NCBI GenBank assembly: GCA_041695355.1
Contig: JBGFRB010000002.1
Location: 25,962-89,961 of the forward strand
From: Bacillota bacterium
Lineage (GTDB): Bacteria > Bacillota > Dethiobacteria > Dethiobacterales > Dethiobacteraceae
Length of the DNA stretch: 64,000 bases
Direction: 5' to 3'
Shown here in pieces: positions 53,380 through 63,274 of this stretch. The translations under genes were made by a program, and so were the position numbers. Every line of letters starts with the position of its first letter. The first letter of the stretch is position 1. Under the pieces are notes generated by a model, which saw nothing but the letters and a program-made list of their open reading frames with translations, was not told the origin of the DNA and ran no database searches.

Positions 53380-54918
53380 ATGACGGACAGAAATACTGAT
53401 CTGCGAAGCAAAAAGGAAACTGCCCGGCGAATGGGCGGTCCGGACAAAACCGCGCAGCAGCACCAGCAAGGCAAGCTGACTGCCCGGGAAAGAATAAATT
53501 TCCTATTTGACCAAGGCACGTTTTATGAAACAGGTGTCCTTGCCCATTCCAATCATCCCAGCCTGAAAGCGCACAATACCCCGGCGGACGGCGTCATCAC
53601 CGGTTTTGGCCGGATTGACGGCCGCCTGGCGTGTGTTGCCGCGTATGATTTCACGGTGCTTGCCGGCTCCATGGGCGAGGTCGGGGAGAGAAAGGTCACG
53701 CGCATACGGCAATGGGCGCTGAACAATAGGGTTCCCATGATTTGGCTGATTGACTCTGCGGGCGCCCGCATCCAGGAAAGCACCGGATCCCAGTTCGCTG
53801 AGTCGGGAAACCTGTTCTTCGATCAGGTCATCATGTCCGGCGTAGTCCCGCAGGTTGCCGCCATGATGGGTCCAGGCGCGGCGGGCACGGCCTACATTCC
53901 GGCGCTGTCCGACTTCGTTCCCATGGTCAGGGGTACCAGCAGCATGGCCCTTGGTGGTCCCCATCTGGTAAAGGCGGCCATCGGAGAGGACATTTCCGAA
54001 CAGGAACTGGGCGGCTCACAGGTCCACTGCACGAAGAGCGGCGTGGCCGACCTGGAGGTGGAAAATGACGAGGAGTGCATCCGAAGCGTCAAAAGGTTTC
54101 TGAGCTACCTCCCATCACACAACCGGGAGGCGCCTCCCGTGCTTAACTCGGGCGACCCCCCAGACCGGCTGTGTGAAGAGCTAAACTCGATTGTCCCCGA
54201 TAACCCTAAAATACCTTACAATATGTATGATGTTATCTACAGTATCGTAGACAGGGACAGTTTTTTTGAAATTAAACCGGGCTGGGCGAAAAATCTGATT
54301 ACCGGCTTTGCCCGTTTCGGCGGTATGTCCTGTGGGATTCTGGCCAACCAGCCCATGGTCAGGGGTGGTATCCTAGATATCGATTCGGCCGACAAGGCGA
54401 CGAGATTCATGCAACTATGCGACGCGTTCAATGTGCCCTTAGTCTTCCTGCAAGATGTGCCGGGGTTCATCATCGGTTCTCGAGTGGAAAAGCTAGGAAT
54501 CATCCGCCATGGGGCGAAAATGCTTTTTGCCGTTTCTGAAGCGACTGTGCCAAAAGTCACGGTGGTCCTGCGCAAAGCCTATGGCGCCGGGTATTTTGTG
54601 ATGTGCGGCAAGCAATACGAGCCCGACCTGATTGTGGGCTGGCCCACCGCGGAGATAAGCGTGATGGGACCGGAAGGAGCGGTTAACATCATTTTCCGCA
54701 AGGAAATTGCTGAGGCGGAAAACCCGGAGGAACTGAGAAATGAACGCTGTGCATCTTTCAGAAAGTTGATTAGCCCTTACCTTGCTGCTTCCAACTATTT
54801 CATTGACGATATCATTGAGCCATCCGAGACAAGGAAAGTCATCATTCACGGGCTGACGCTGGCCGGGAACAAGAGGCGCGAGCGGCCGTGGAGGAAGCAT
54901 GGTATAATGCCGGTTTAG
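53380..54918 (+). CDS. acyl-CoA carboxylase carboxyltransferase (beta) subunit
   Basis: Carboxyl_trans pattern GKLTARERI..., GFGRIDGR and AYGAGYFVM. Confidence 0.88.
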   Translation: MTDRNTDLRSKKETARRMGGPDKTAQQHQQGKLTARERINFLFDQGTFYETGVLAHSNHPSLKAHNTPADGVITGFGRIDGRLACVAAYDFTVLAGSMGEVGERKVTRIRQWALNNRVPMIWLIDSAGARIQESTGSQFAESGNLFFDQVIMSGVVPQVAAMMGPGAAGTAYIPALSDFVPMVRGTSSMALGGPHLVKAAIGEDISEQELGGSQVHCTKSGVADLEVENDEECIRSVKRFLSYLPSHNREAPPVLNSGDPPDRLCEELNSIVPDNPKIPYNMYDVIYSIVDRDSFFEIKPGWAKNLITGFARFGGMSCGILANQPMVRGGILDIDSADKATRFMQLCDAFNVPLVFLQDVPGFIIGSRVEKLGIIRHGAKMLFAVSEATVPKVTVVLRKAYGAGYFVMCGKQYEPDLIVGWPTAEISVMGPEGAVNIIFRKEIAEAENPEELRNERCASFRKLISPYLAASNYFIDDIIEPSETRKVIIHGLTLAGNKRRERPWRKHGIMPV

Positions 54919-55017
54919 TTTTTAAAAGGCATATCGCGTTGACTAATTAAGGAGGGAGGAGCTAAGAAGGAATTCAGAATAGTACGAAAATATTAAATCA
55001 GAGGAGGGTAAAAGTAA

Positions 55018-56334
55018 ATGAAAGGTAAAAAGTGGTTAAATCGCAGAGTCTTCGTTGCAGCGACAATCCTGACGGCAATGCTTGTTTCCTTGGCGGCGGG
55101 GTGTCCCAGAAGGCAGCCGGCTCCGGCTGTTCCCCCGGCCGCGCCGATTCGCGTCGCCGTGGCAGGACCGATGGCCTTCATCCACGGAGACCATCAGTGG
55201 AAAGGCGCCGTTATGGCGGCGGAGGAAATCAACGCTGCGGGGGGTGTCACGGTCGGCGGCCAGAAGCGTCCTCTGGAGCTGGTCAAGGTTGACACTAATG
55301 AACTGCTGAGCGTTCCTGATGCGGCCAGCGCCATTGAGCGGGCAATCACTGTGGACAAAGTGGACGTGATTGTCGGCGGGTTCAGGTCGGAGGCGGTGCT
55401 CGCTATGATGGACGTAGCCATGGACCACAGAGTGCTTCACTTGGGTGTTGGCGCCATCAGCCCGGATATCACCGCCAGGGTATACAACGACTACAATCGC
55501 TACAAGTATTATTTCCGTGTCTTCCCCTACAGTGCCGTCCACGTGGTGCCGACCTCTTTTCTCCTGCTCCAGGAAGCGGCGGCGGTGGTAAGGGAAGAAT
55601 TGGGGATAGCAAAACCGAAGGTCGCAGTCGTGGTGGAAAAGGTGCTGGGCTTTGACCCGGTGGCTGCAGCTGCGCCCAAAGCCATCCCTACCATGAACAT
55701 GGAGGTTGTCGGCCTGTGGCGGCCGTCTGCAACCGCCACCGATTTGACGGCGGAACTGACGGCAATCCGCAAGTCAGGCGCCCACATTATTTTTTCCATC
55801 CTTTCCGGCCCTGTGGGGATTGCTTATGCGAGGCAGTGGGAAGAAATGCAGATTCCCGCCGTTTCCGTTGGCGTCAACGTGGAAGCTATGGGTGGAAAAT
55901 TCTGGCAAGCTACCGGCAACAAGGGTAATTACGAAGCCACCCTGGCCTTCCTGGCCAACGTGCCTGTAACGGAAAAATCAGTCCCCTTCTTCAAAAGTTT
56001 CGTGGAAAAGCACGGCGAGTACCCCATTTACCTGGCCGGCACCTATGACGCCGTCTACATTCTTGCCGAAGCTATCGAAAGAGCCGGTTCCATGGACGCG
56101 GATGCGCTGGTAACGGCAATGAAAGCCACCGATTACAAGGGCGCCGCCGGCCGCTTTGTTTTCAATGAAAGGCATGACCCGCTGTGGGGGCCGGAACACT
56201 TGACCGGACTGGGCATCCAGTGGATTGACGGTGTGCCCACAGTCTTCTGGCCGAACGGCTGGAAGGGCCTTCGCTATGAGGGAACCCAACGCTTCAGAAT
56301 TGCCCCGTGGGTGCTTGAGTACTGGAAAAATTAA
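55018..56334 (+). CDS. ABC transporter substrate-binding lipoprotein, LivK/branched-chain-amino-acid type fold
   Basis: Lipobox LAAGC and a periplasmic-binding type I pattern. The ligand cannot be inferred. Confidence 0.75.
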   Translation: MKGKKWLNRRVFVAATILTAMLVSLAAGCPRRQPAPAVPPAAPIRVAVAGPMAFIHGDHQWKGAVMAAEEINAAGGVTVGGQKRPLELVKVDTNELLSVPDAASAIERAITVDKVDVIVGGFRSEAVLAMMDVAMDHRVLHLGVGAISPDITARVYNDYNRYKYYFRVFPYSAVHVVPTSFLLLQEAAAVVREELGIAKPKVAVVVEKVLGFDPVAAAAPKAIPTMNMEVVGLWRPSATATDLTAELTAIRKSGAHIIFSILSGPVGIAYARQWEEMQIPAVSVGVNVEAMGGKFWQATGNKGNYEATLAFLANVPVTEKSVPFFKSFVEKHGEYPIYLAGTYDAVYILAEAIERAGSMDADALVTAMKATDYKGAAGRFVFNERHDPLWGPEHLTGLGIQWIDGVPTVFWPNGWKGLRYEGTQRFRIAPWVLEYWKN

Positions 56335-56346
56335 ATTGTATGAGGC

Positions 56347-56397
56347 AAGGCGGCGCCGCCTTCAGCACGGACTGTGTTCTAAGGCGGCCCGCCGCCT
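56347..56397 (+). repeat. two GC-rich hairpins built on the same AAGGCGGC/GCCGCCT arms, between the SBP and permease genes
   Basis: AAGGCGGCGCCGCCTT at 56347-56362, and AGGCGG-cccg-CCGCCT at 56382-56397. Confidence 0.7.
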
Positions 56398-56456
56398 CCA
56401 TCTATGTTTGGGAAACCGTCATGCGAAGGATTGCTGAAAGGGGTATTTATTGGAAA

Positions 56457-57326
56457 ATGTTGGAGCAAGTTTTTATTAATGGTCTGATCAGCGGCGGAAA
56501 GTATGCTTTGCTGGCCGTAGGTTTCTCCCTGATTTACGGCGTGGCCAGGATTATGAATCTGACGCACACTGCGTTTTACATGCTGTCCGCCTTCTTAATT
56601 TTCTACTTGCACCAGAGCTTGGCCCTGCCGCTGGCCGCCAGCCTTCCGCTGTCCATCGTGGCGGTTACCCTGATTGGACTGGTATGTTACAAGTTCATAA
56701 TTGCCCCTGTCAGGGAACGGTTTACCACGGTAATGATTCTGACATTGACCTTGGCCATCGCCATCCAGGAAGTCATCCTAATCTCTTTTGGCGGTTTCTT
56801 TCGCACTTTGCCTAAGGTCATCCCAGGTATGATACAACTGGCCGGCATCCGCATGACAAGCCAACATTTGCTTACACTGGTGACGGTGTCAGTTGTTCTG
56901 GTATGTTTCTGGATGTTACTTTTTAAAACAAAGACGGGAATAGCCATTCGTGCCATGGCGATGGACCGTGAAGCGGCCAACCTGATGGGTATGCCTGAAA
57001 GCCGTATTGCTATGCTCACCGTGGGGATTTCCGTAGGACTGGCGGCGCTGGCTGGTGCTGTGGTTGCGCCGCTGTATATTCTGGAACCCGTCATGTGGAT
57101 GCACCCTCTGGTTGTGGTTATGGCCGCTGTTATCCTCGGCGGCTTGGGCAGCTTGAAAGGAAGTATCCTGGGAGCTTTTATCCTGGCTTTCGCGGAAGTG
57201 GGGCTTATTTTCCTGTTCCCGCATTTGTCATTCCTACGCGGAGCCATCTCCATGGCAGTGATGCTTGTTATCCTGATGATTCGACCTGAAGGTCTGTTCG
57301 GCGTATTCATGGAGGGAGAAAGGTAG
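56457..57326 (+). CDS. ABC transporter permease, LivH type
   Basis: MLEQVFINGLISGGKYALLAVGFSLIYG is a typical LivH N-terminus. I consider the track's start at 56340 an over-extension. Confidence 0.8.
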   Translation: MLEQVFINGLISGGKYALLAVGFSLIYGVARIMNLTHTAFYMLSAFLIFYLHQSLALPLAASLPLSIVAVTLIGLVCYKFIIAPVRERFTTVMILTLTLAIAIQEVILISFGGFFRTLPKVIPGMIQLAGIRMTSQHLLTLVTVSVVLVCFWMLLFKTKTGIAIRAMAMDREAANLMGMPESRIAMLTVGISVGLAALAGAVVAPLYILEPVMWMHPLVVVMAAVILGGLGSLKGSILGAFILAFAEVGLIFLFPHLSFLRGAISMAVMLVILMIRPEGLFGVFMEGER

Positions 57327-57334
57327 GTGCGAGC

Positions 57335-58405
57335 ATGATCAGCTACTGGGCGAGGAAGGTATTCAGGGATTTTCGGGGGGAAATTCTGGAGCTGCCGACC
57401 CGCACTATACTGTTCGCGGCGGGAATCCTACTTTTTGTCCTGCCGCTTTTGACCCAGGATCTTTACCTGCTGCGAGTCATGACCTTGGCTGGAATATTCG
57501 CTGTGTTTGCGGCCAGCTGGGACCTCCTGGCGGGAGTCTGCGGCCAGTTCAGCTTCGGCCACACTTTGTTTTTCGCAATTGCGGCTTACAGTTCGGCCAT
57601 GCTCAATATCCACTCCGGGCTTCCCCCCGTTGTAACAATACCTGTGGGCGCTATTTTGGCCGTCCTCGCCGGTTTGCTGCTGGGACTGCCCGGCCTAAGG
57701 CTCAAAGGTCCCTATTTTAGCCTTGCTAGCCTAGCTTTCCCCGCGATTTTGCTGGGAGTCATCATTACCTTTCCCCGCTTTACCGGCGGCGAACTGGGCT
57801 TGTCCGGCATCAGCCGTTTGGGTGCAACACGGCTTACCGAGTATTATATTAGCCAGTCGGCGATGCTCATCCTGGTGCTGGCGATCTGGAAAATAGCCAC
57901 GTCCAAGACGGGCCTCATTTTCCATGCTATCCGGGAAGATGAAATTGCGGTCCGCGCCTCGGGAATCAACACTAATTTCTACAAAATGCTTGCGTTCAGC
58001 TGCAGCGGTCTATTTGCCGGCTTAGCCGGCGGGATGTACGCGCACTTTATGCGAATCGCAGGACCGTCCACCCTTGACCTGATCCTGTCGCTGCAGATTA
58101 TTGTCTGGACCATTGTCGGCGGGATTGCCACAATTTACGGTCCGGTAATCGGAGTGTATCTCCTGTACCCCTTGGTGGAGTTTCTGCGGGTAGTACCCCA
58201 ACTGAGGACACTGACCTTTGCGTTGATCGTTATCGTCGTACTGCGGGTCATGCCGGAGGGTATTTCAAGCTGGGTCCAGGACATAGTTGAGAGGGAATGT
58301 CCGAGATGCAAGGAGCGCAACTCCTTATTCCGCCCTTACTGCAGAATCTGCAACACGGAACTGGAGCATGGCAAAAGATTCAGGCTAATGAAGAGAGGTG
58401 CATAG
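57335..58405 (+). CDS. ABC transporter permease, LivM type, with a C-terminal zinc-ribbon extension
   Basis: Multi-TM LivM pattern (GQFSFGH) plus a CPRC-x13-CRIC tail. Confidence 0.8.
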   Translation: MISYWARKVFRDFRGEILELPTRTILFAAGILLFVLPLLTQDLYLLRVMTLAGIFAVFAASWDLLAGVCGQFSFGHTLFFAIAAYSSAMLNIHSGLPPVVTIPVGAILAVLAGLLLGLPGLRLKGPYFSLASLAFPAILLGVIITFPRFTGGELGLSGISRLGATRLTEYYISQSAMLILVLAIWKIATSKTGLIFHAIREDEIAVRASGINTNFYKMLAFSCSGLFAGLAGGMYAHFMRIAGPSTLDLILSLQIIVWTIVGGIATIYGPVIGVYLLYPLVEFLRVVPQLRTLTFALIVIVVLRVMPEGISSWVQDIVERECPRCKERNSLFRPYCRICNTELEHGKRFRLMKRGA

Positions 58406-58409
58406 TAAA

Positions 58410-60107
58410 ATGGGGTGGTACGCTGATAAGCCATGGCTGGCTAACTACAGCCAACACATGAAAAAGGAACTGGATATCCCCGAAATATCCATAGCGGAGC
58501 TATTTCGGGATGTATGCGGCAAATACGGTAAAAAGCCAGCCATTATTTTTTATGGCAAACAACTATCCTACCATGAACTGTACAAACAGGCGGGTAGTTT
58601 GGCGGCTTCTCTGTCTGCGATGGGCATCGGCACTGGAGACGTGGTGGCGCTGTATTTGCTTAACAGCCCCCAGTACATCATCGCCTACATGGCCATATTG
58701 ATGACGGGCGCCACAGTTACACCGGTCAGCCCTGTTTTCACCAGCCATGAACTCAAATATCAGTTGATTGACAGCGACGCAAAAGCCATCGTCTGCCAGG
58801 ATATTCTCTTTGACAATCTCGCAAAGAGCGATGTAAAGCTTGAGCAGGTGATAATCACGGGCATTGATGAATACCTGCCTCCGCTGAGAAAAATCTTGGG
58901 GAGGACTTTATTGAAGAATTTTTCACGTGAAATGGACCTGCCTACACCTATAATCCCTGATGAACCCTGGATTCATCGCTTCCAAGACCTGCTGAAGAAT
59001 TCCAGTCCGCCGCCAAGCCCGGCAATTAAGCCGAAAGAAACCTTGGCATCCATCACCTATTCTGGCGGCACGACCGGCCCTCCCAAGGGAGTCATGCTGA
59101 CTCACTACCAGCTAATTGCAGGGGCGATGCAGTTCAGGGCTTTCATGCCCAAACTGCAGCCAGGCAATGAGGTTTTTCCCGCTTACCTGCCGCTATACCA
59201 TGCCTACGGGCAACTAGTTGTCATGATTAGCGGCTTTACATTGGGAGCCACACTCGTCATATTCACCACGCCTGACATTGACAGCATTCTGGATGCGGTG
59301 GAACGCCATGGCATCACTGTCTTCTTCGGTGTGCCCACCTTCTATGACTACCTCAAGGAGTACGACAAAACCAGCCGGGTGAACTGGCGCAGGTTGAAAC
59401 TGCTGGTTTGCGGCGCGGATACGTTGCATGAGCGGACTGCCAGTGAATGGGAAAGGCGGACAGGGACAAAAATCACTGAAGGGTACGGCCAAACAGAGAG
59501 CAGCGGTGCGTGCATGGCCAACCCGGTCCACCGAATGAAGCAGGGCAGCATCGGGATTCCTGTTGCCAACGTGGTCGCTGCTATACTGCATCCCGACCGC
59601 GATGAGTTTTTACCCCAAGGCGAAGTAGGCGAAATCACCATTCAGGGACCGAACGTGGCAGCGGGTTACTGGAGGAAACCGGAGGCCACGGCGGAAGTGT
59701 TTATCGAGTTTCTAGGGGAGCGGTGGTTGAGGACGGGAGACATGGGCTACATGGATGAGGAAGGCTATTTCCACTTCGTTGACCGCAAGAGAGACTTAAT
59801 TAAATATAAAGGCTACTCCGTCTTTGCCCGTGACGTGGAAGAAGTGCTTTACAAAAACCCGCATATCAAGGCGGCGGGTGTGATTGGTGTACCGGACCCG
59901 AAGGTCGGACAGCTCGTCAAGGCGTATGTTGTCCTGCAACCCGAAGCACGCGGGAAGGTGTCGGAGGAGGAGATTATCGAGTTTTGTCAGCAGCATCTAG
60001 CTCACTATAAAGTGCCGAGAATTGTGGAGTTCCAGGGAGAAATACCTAAAACAGATGTGGGTAAAGTATCCCGGCGAGAACTTCGTGAACAGGATGAGGC
60101 GGTGTAA
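58410..60107 (+). CDS. AMP-dependent acyl-CoA synthetase/ligase embedded in the ABC transporter operon
   Basis: TYSGGTTGPPKGV, GYGQTE and GDMGYMDEEGYFHFVDRKRD motifs, and a C-terminal GKVSRREL. Confidence 0.88.
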   Translation: MGWYADKPWLANYSQHMKKELDIPEISIAELFRDVCGKYGKKPAIIFYGKQLSYHELYKQAGSLAASLSAMGIGTGDVVALYLLNSPQYIIAYMAILMTGATVTPVSPVFTSHELKYQLIDSDAKAIVCQDILFDNLAKSDVKLEQVIITGIDEYLPPLRKILGRTLLKNFSREMDLPTPIIPDEPWIHRFQDLLKNSSPPPSPAIKPKETLASITYSGGTTGPPKGVMLTHYQLIAGAMQFRAFMPKLQPGNEVFPAYLPLYHAYGQLVVMISGFTLGATLVIFTTPDIDSILDAVERHGITVFFGVPTFYDYLKEYDKTSRVNWRRLKLLVCGADTLHERTASEWERRTGTKITEGYGQTESSGACMANPVHRMKQGSIGIPVANVVAAILHPDRDEFLPQGEVGEITIQGPNVAAGYWRKPEATAEVFIEFLGERWLRTGDMGYMDEEGYFHFVDRKRDLIKYKGYSVFARDVEEVLYKNPHIKAAGVIGVPDPKVGQLVKAYVVLQPEARGKVSEEEIIEFCQQHLAHYKVPRIVEFQGEIPKTDVGKVSRRELREQDEAV

Positions 60108-60110
60108 TCC

Positions 60111-60878
60111 ATGGCCAATGAATTCCTGGTGGTCGAGAATCTGTCGAAACGCTTCGGCGGCCTCCATGCTGTCAACAATGTCAGTTTCCATGTGGCGCGT
60201 AACGAGATGGTCGGGCTGATAGGCCCGAACGGCGCAGGGAAAACCACGCTTGTCCGCTTGCTGATGGGTATCATCCGCGCTGATTCCGGTAAGGTTCTGC
60301 TCAGGGGACAGAACCTGCTCGGCAAGAAAACGTGGAAAATCGTGGAACACGGTATAACCGGCACTTTCCAAAACGTCCGTCCGTTCGCACACTTGCCCAT
60401 TATCGCCAATGTCATGGTACCCTGTCTCAGCCCCAGAGCCTCTAAGCGCGGTGAATGGGTGAAGAAAGTTGAAGCCAGGGCTATGGATGCCTTGGAGTTT
60501 GCGGGCATCGCCGATTTGGCCCGGGAGCCTGCTTCACGTCTGTCTGAGGGCGACCTGAAGCGGCTGGAAGTGGCCAGGGCCATTGCCTGCGAGCCGGAAC
60601 TGCTGATTCTTGACGAACCTTTCGGAGGCCTGAACCCGGCTGAAACTAACCTGATGGCCAAGTCTCTGCAGCGCCTGCACAAAGGAGGCCGTTTCGGACG
60701 TCTGCATAGTGAAGGGCCGGCAATGGTGATTATCGAGCATAAGTTGTCCGAACTGATGAGAATCGTTAACAGAGTTATTGTGCTCAATTTCGGTCAGGTG
60801 ATAGCGGTGGGCAAACCGGATGAAATTATCAGCAATGCCGAGGTTATTGAAGCCTACATCGGCAAAGAGGTGGTATAA
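60111..60878 (+). CDS. ABC transporter ATP-binding protein, LivG type
   Basis: GPNGAGKTT, LSEGDLKRLEVARA and ILDEP motifs. Confidence 0.85.
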   Translation: MANEFLVVENLSKRFGGLHAVNNVSFHVARNEMVGLIGPNGAGKTTLVRLLMGIIRADSGKVLLRGQNLLGKKTWKIVEHGITGTFQNVRPFAHLPIIANVMVPCLSPRASKRGEWVKKVEARAMDALEFAGIADLAREPASRLSEGDLKRLEVARAIACEPELLILDEPFGGLNPAETNLMAKSLQRLHKGGRFGRLHSEGPAMVIIEHKLSELMRIVNRVIVLNFGQVIAVGKPDEIISNAEVIEAYIGKEVV

Positions 60879-61625
60879 ATGCTGCTGGAAGTTGAAAACC
60901 TTGCCGTAAGCTATGACACCGCCACCATCATCAGCGATGTCAGTATCCGTGTCGAAGAAAACGAGCTGGTCGGACTGGTGGGCCCTAACGGTGCGGGGAA
61001 GACCACACTTCTGCGCGCCGTTACCGGGCTGGTGAAATGGGAGAAGGACAACAAACAGGGACTGCGCCAGGGCAGAATAAAACTGGATGGTAAGGTCAGG
61101 TTCGTGGGTGAAGACCTGAGCCCGCTGACCGCACACGAGATTGTCCGCCGCGGCCTGATTCATTGCCCTGAAAGAAGAAGGCTGTTTAGCGAAATGACGG
61201 TCTATGAGAATCTGCTTGCGGGCGCTTATCTGCTGGAGAAGAAAAAATTCAGCCGGATTCTCGAGGAAGTTTATCATCTTTTCCCCATTCTCAGAGACCG
61301 GGCAGGGCAGGTGTCCGGAACGCTTTCCGGCGGTGAACAGCAGATGTTGGCCATCGGCAGGGCACTTATGCTCAAGCCGAAGCTGCTGTGCATAGATGAG
61401 CCGTCCATTGGGCTGGCTCCTATCATAAAGCGTAATCTGTTTGAAAAAATTGCCAATATTGCCCGGTCGGGCATAGCTATTCTGCTTATTGAGCAGGATG
61501 TAGTAACCACTTTTTCCATGTCCAGCCGTAACTATATCCTCTCCCATGGGAGACTGGTGGGCGAAGGGAAGAGTGAAGATCTGATAAAAGATGAAAGTAT
61601 CCGTAAATCTTATCTCGGCCTGTAA
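60879..61625 (+). CDS. ABC transporter ATP-binding protein, LivF type
   Basis: GPNGAGKTT, LSGGEQQMLAIGRAL and CIDEPS motifs. Confidence 0.85.
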   Translation: MLLEVENLAVSYDTATIISDVSIRVEENELVGLVGPNGAGKTTLLRAVTGLVKWEKDNKQGLRQGRIKLDGKVRFVGEDLSPLTAHEIVRRGLIHCPERRRLFSEMTVYENLLAGAYLLEKKKFSRILEEVYHLFPILRDRAGQVSGTLSGGEQQMLAIGRALMLKPKLLCIDEPSIGLAPIIKRNLFEKIANIARSGIAILLIEQDVVTTFSMSSRNYILSHGRLVGEGKSEDLIKDESIRKSYLGL

Positions 61626-61651
61626 CAGGGCCTAAAACTGGAGGGAAAAAG

Positions 61652-62104
61652 ATGCTACAGAACTTTGTATGTTTTGAAGACTTCTCTGTGGGCATGCGCC
61701 TGTCTTCCCACGGCAGAACGGTTACCGAAGCCGATATCGTCAACTTTGCCGGGATCAGCGGCGACTGGTACCCACTCCACACCGACGAGGAGTACGCCGC
61801 AAAAACGCCTCCATTTTACCGCCGGGTCGCCCACGGGATGCTGGTACTATCCATCGCTTCCGGCCTGTTGCAAATCCCGCTGGGGTTGCTAATTGCTTTT
61901 TACGGCATAGAAAAACTCCGTTTTGTCAGGCCCACTTTTATCGGCGACACACTGAATCAGGACTTGGTGGTCCTTGAACTGGAGAAGAAAGAATTGGGCG
62001 GTCTGGTCGTGTTCGAGCAAAATATTTTCAACCAGCGCAGCGAACTGGTTGTCAAAGCTGTGGTCAAGGTCCTGCTGAAAAGCAAATCGGACATATCCGG
62101 ATGA
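61652..62104 (+). CDS. MaoC-like (R)-specific enoyl-CoA hydratase hot-dog protein
   Basis: FAGISGDWYPLHTDEEYA and RVAHGML motifs. Confidence 0.8.
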   Translation: MLQNFVCFEDFSVGMRLSSHGRTVTEADIVNFAGISGDWYPLHTDEEYAAKTPPFYRRVAHGMLVLSIASGLLQIPLGLLIAFYGIEKLRFVRPTFIGDTLNQDLVVLELEKKELGGLVVFEQNIFNQRSELVVKAVVKVLLKSKSDISG

Positions 62105-62200
62105 ACAAGCGCCATGTTCAGCCGGCAGGGTCCTGGCTGAAGAAGCCGTATAGAGATAGGGGAGCGTCAGAAATAGAAACTTTGAAAAGGAGATGTCACC

Positions 62201-63232
62201 ATGTTCCGGGAAGCGAGATGCGACTATTGCGGTGAGTGCCTGAAGAGCTGCCAATACCTGTCTTTCGCGGCGGAAACGGAAGGCGAAGAGATTAGGCGCC
62301 TGGCCGCGGGTGAGGAAAGGGAATGGATTTACAGCTGTATCACCTGCATGGCCTGCAACGAGTACTGTCCTAACGGCGCCAGGCCGTTTGACCTGATCCT
62401 GCGGCGGCAGGAAGAAGGAGGCAGGTACGCCGATCCTAAGACGGTGGACGCTCTTGTCAATCTTTTTTCCGCCAGAAGCGAGCCGCGACCCGTGGAAGCA
62501 GCGAGCCGGGCGATGTCGCTTTGCGTGATGTCGTCATCTATGCCTTGGGCGCTTGAAGGACAGTTGTTTTCCGGAATGACGCTGCTAAAGGGGCTTCCCT
62601 ATTTCTGTAATGTGCTTTTCGCGCACCTAGCCAACGAAGCTCTGATTAAATCACGCTTGGCCAGGCTGGTCGATAACCTGGCCCAGAGCGGCGCAGGTGA
62701 AATCATTTTTCTACATGAGGACTGCTACGCCTTGTTCCACGGCATGGCTCCCGAATACGGCGTCAGCCTGCCATTCAGGCCCATACATTTTTTTGAATAT
62801 CTCCGCGACTATCTGAAAGAACACGAAAATGAACTGGTTAAGCTGAATATCAAAGCGGCTTACCAGAGGCCCTGCGCCTCTCGGTACACCCCTCCGGAAG
62901 TGGAGTCAGTGCTGGATGAAATTTTCGCCCTGACCGGCGTGAAACGTGTGGAAAGGAAATATGACCGCCGGGAGGCGCTCTGCTGCGGAGTCGAGGAAAT
63001 AGGTGTAAATATTGCACCCATGAAACGGGGTGGGCGCGATTTAACACCCTACCGTGAAAAGAATATCAGCGACGCCGTGGATTCCGGCGCCGAGGCCATG
63101 GTTTATTTCTGCGCCATGTGCTTCCGAACTCTGAGCAGCCAGGCTAATTCTGCCGGGTTGCTCAATTATATGCTTAGCGACCTCTGTCGCCTGTCTCTCG
63201 GTGAAAATCTGTCTGAAAACCGGCCGCTGTAG
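62201..63232 (+). CDS. Fe-S oxidoreductase with a 2x[4Fe-4S] N-terminus and a CCG (HdrD/GlcF-like) domain
   Basis: CDYCGECLKSC and CITCMACNEYCP motifs, then PCASR and ALCCG segments. Confidence 0.7.
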   Translation: MFREARCDYCGECLKSCQYLSFAAETEGEEIRRLAAGEEREWIYSCITCMACNEYCPNGARPFDLILRRQEEGGRYADPKTVDALVNLFSARSEPRPVEAASRAMSLCVMSSSMPWALEGQLFSGMTLLKGLPYFCNVLFAHLANEALIKSRLARLVDNLAQSGAGEIIFLHEDCYALFHGMAPEYGVSLPFRPIHFFEYLRDYLKEHENELVKLNIKAAYQRPCASRYTPPEVESVLDEIFALTGVKRVERKYDRREALCCGVEEIGVNIAPMKRGGRDLTPYREKNISDAVDSGAEAMVYFCAMCFRTLSSQANSAGLLNYMLSDLCRLSLGENLSENRPL

Positions 63233-63274
63233 TACGCAAACTCTATAAGCAGTGTCTGAAGGAGGTTCGTGCAT

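Noticed and set aside
54925-54945. Possible sigma-54 promoter AAGGCATATCGCGTTGAC upstream of the Liv-type SBP gene.
   Set aside because: The -12 element is TTGA rather than TTGC, and it is displaced by one nucleotide relative to GG.
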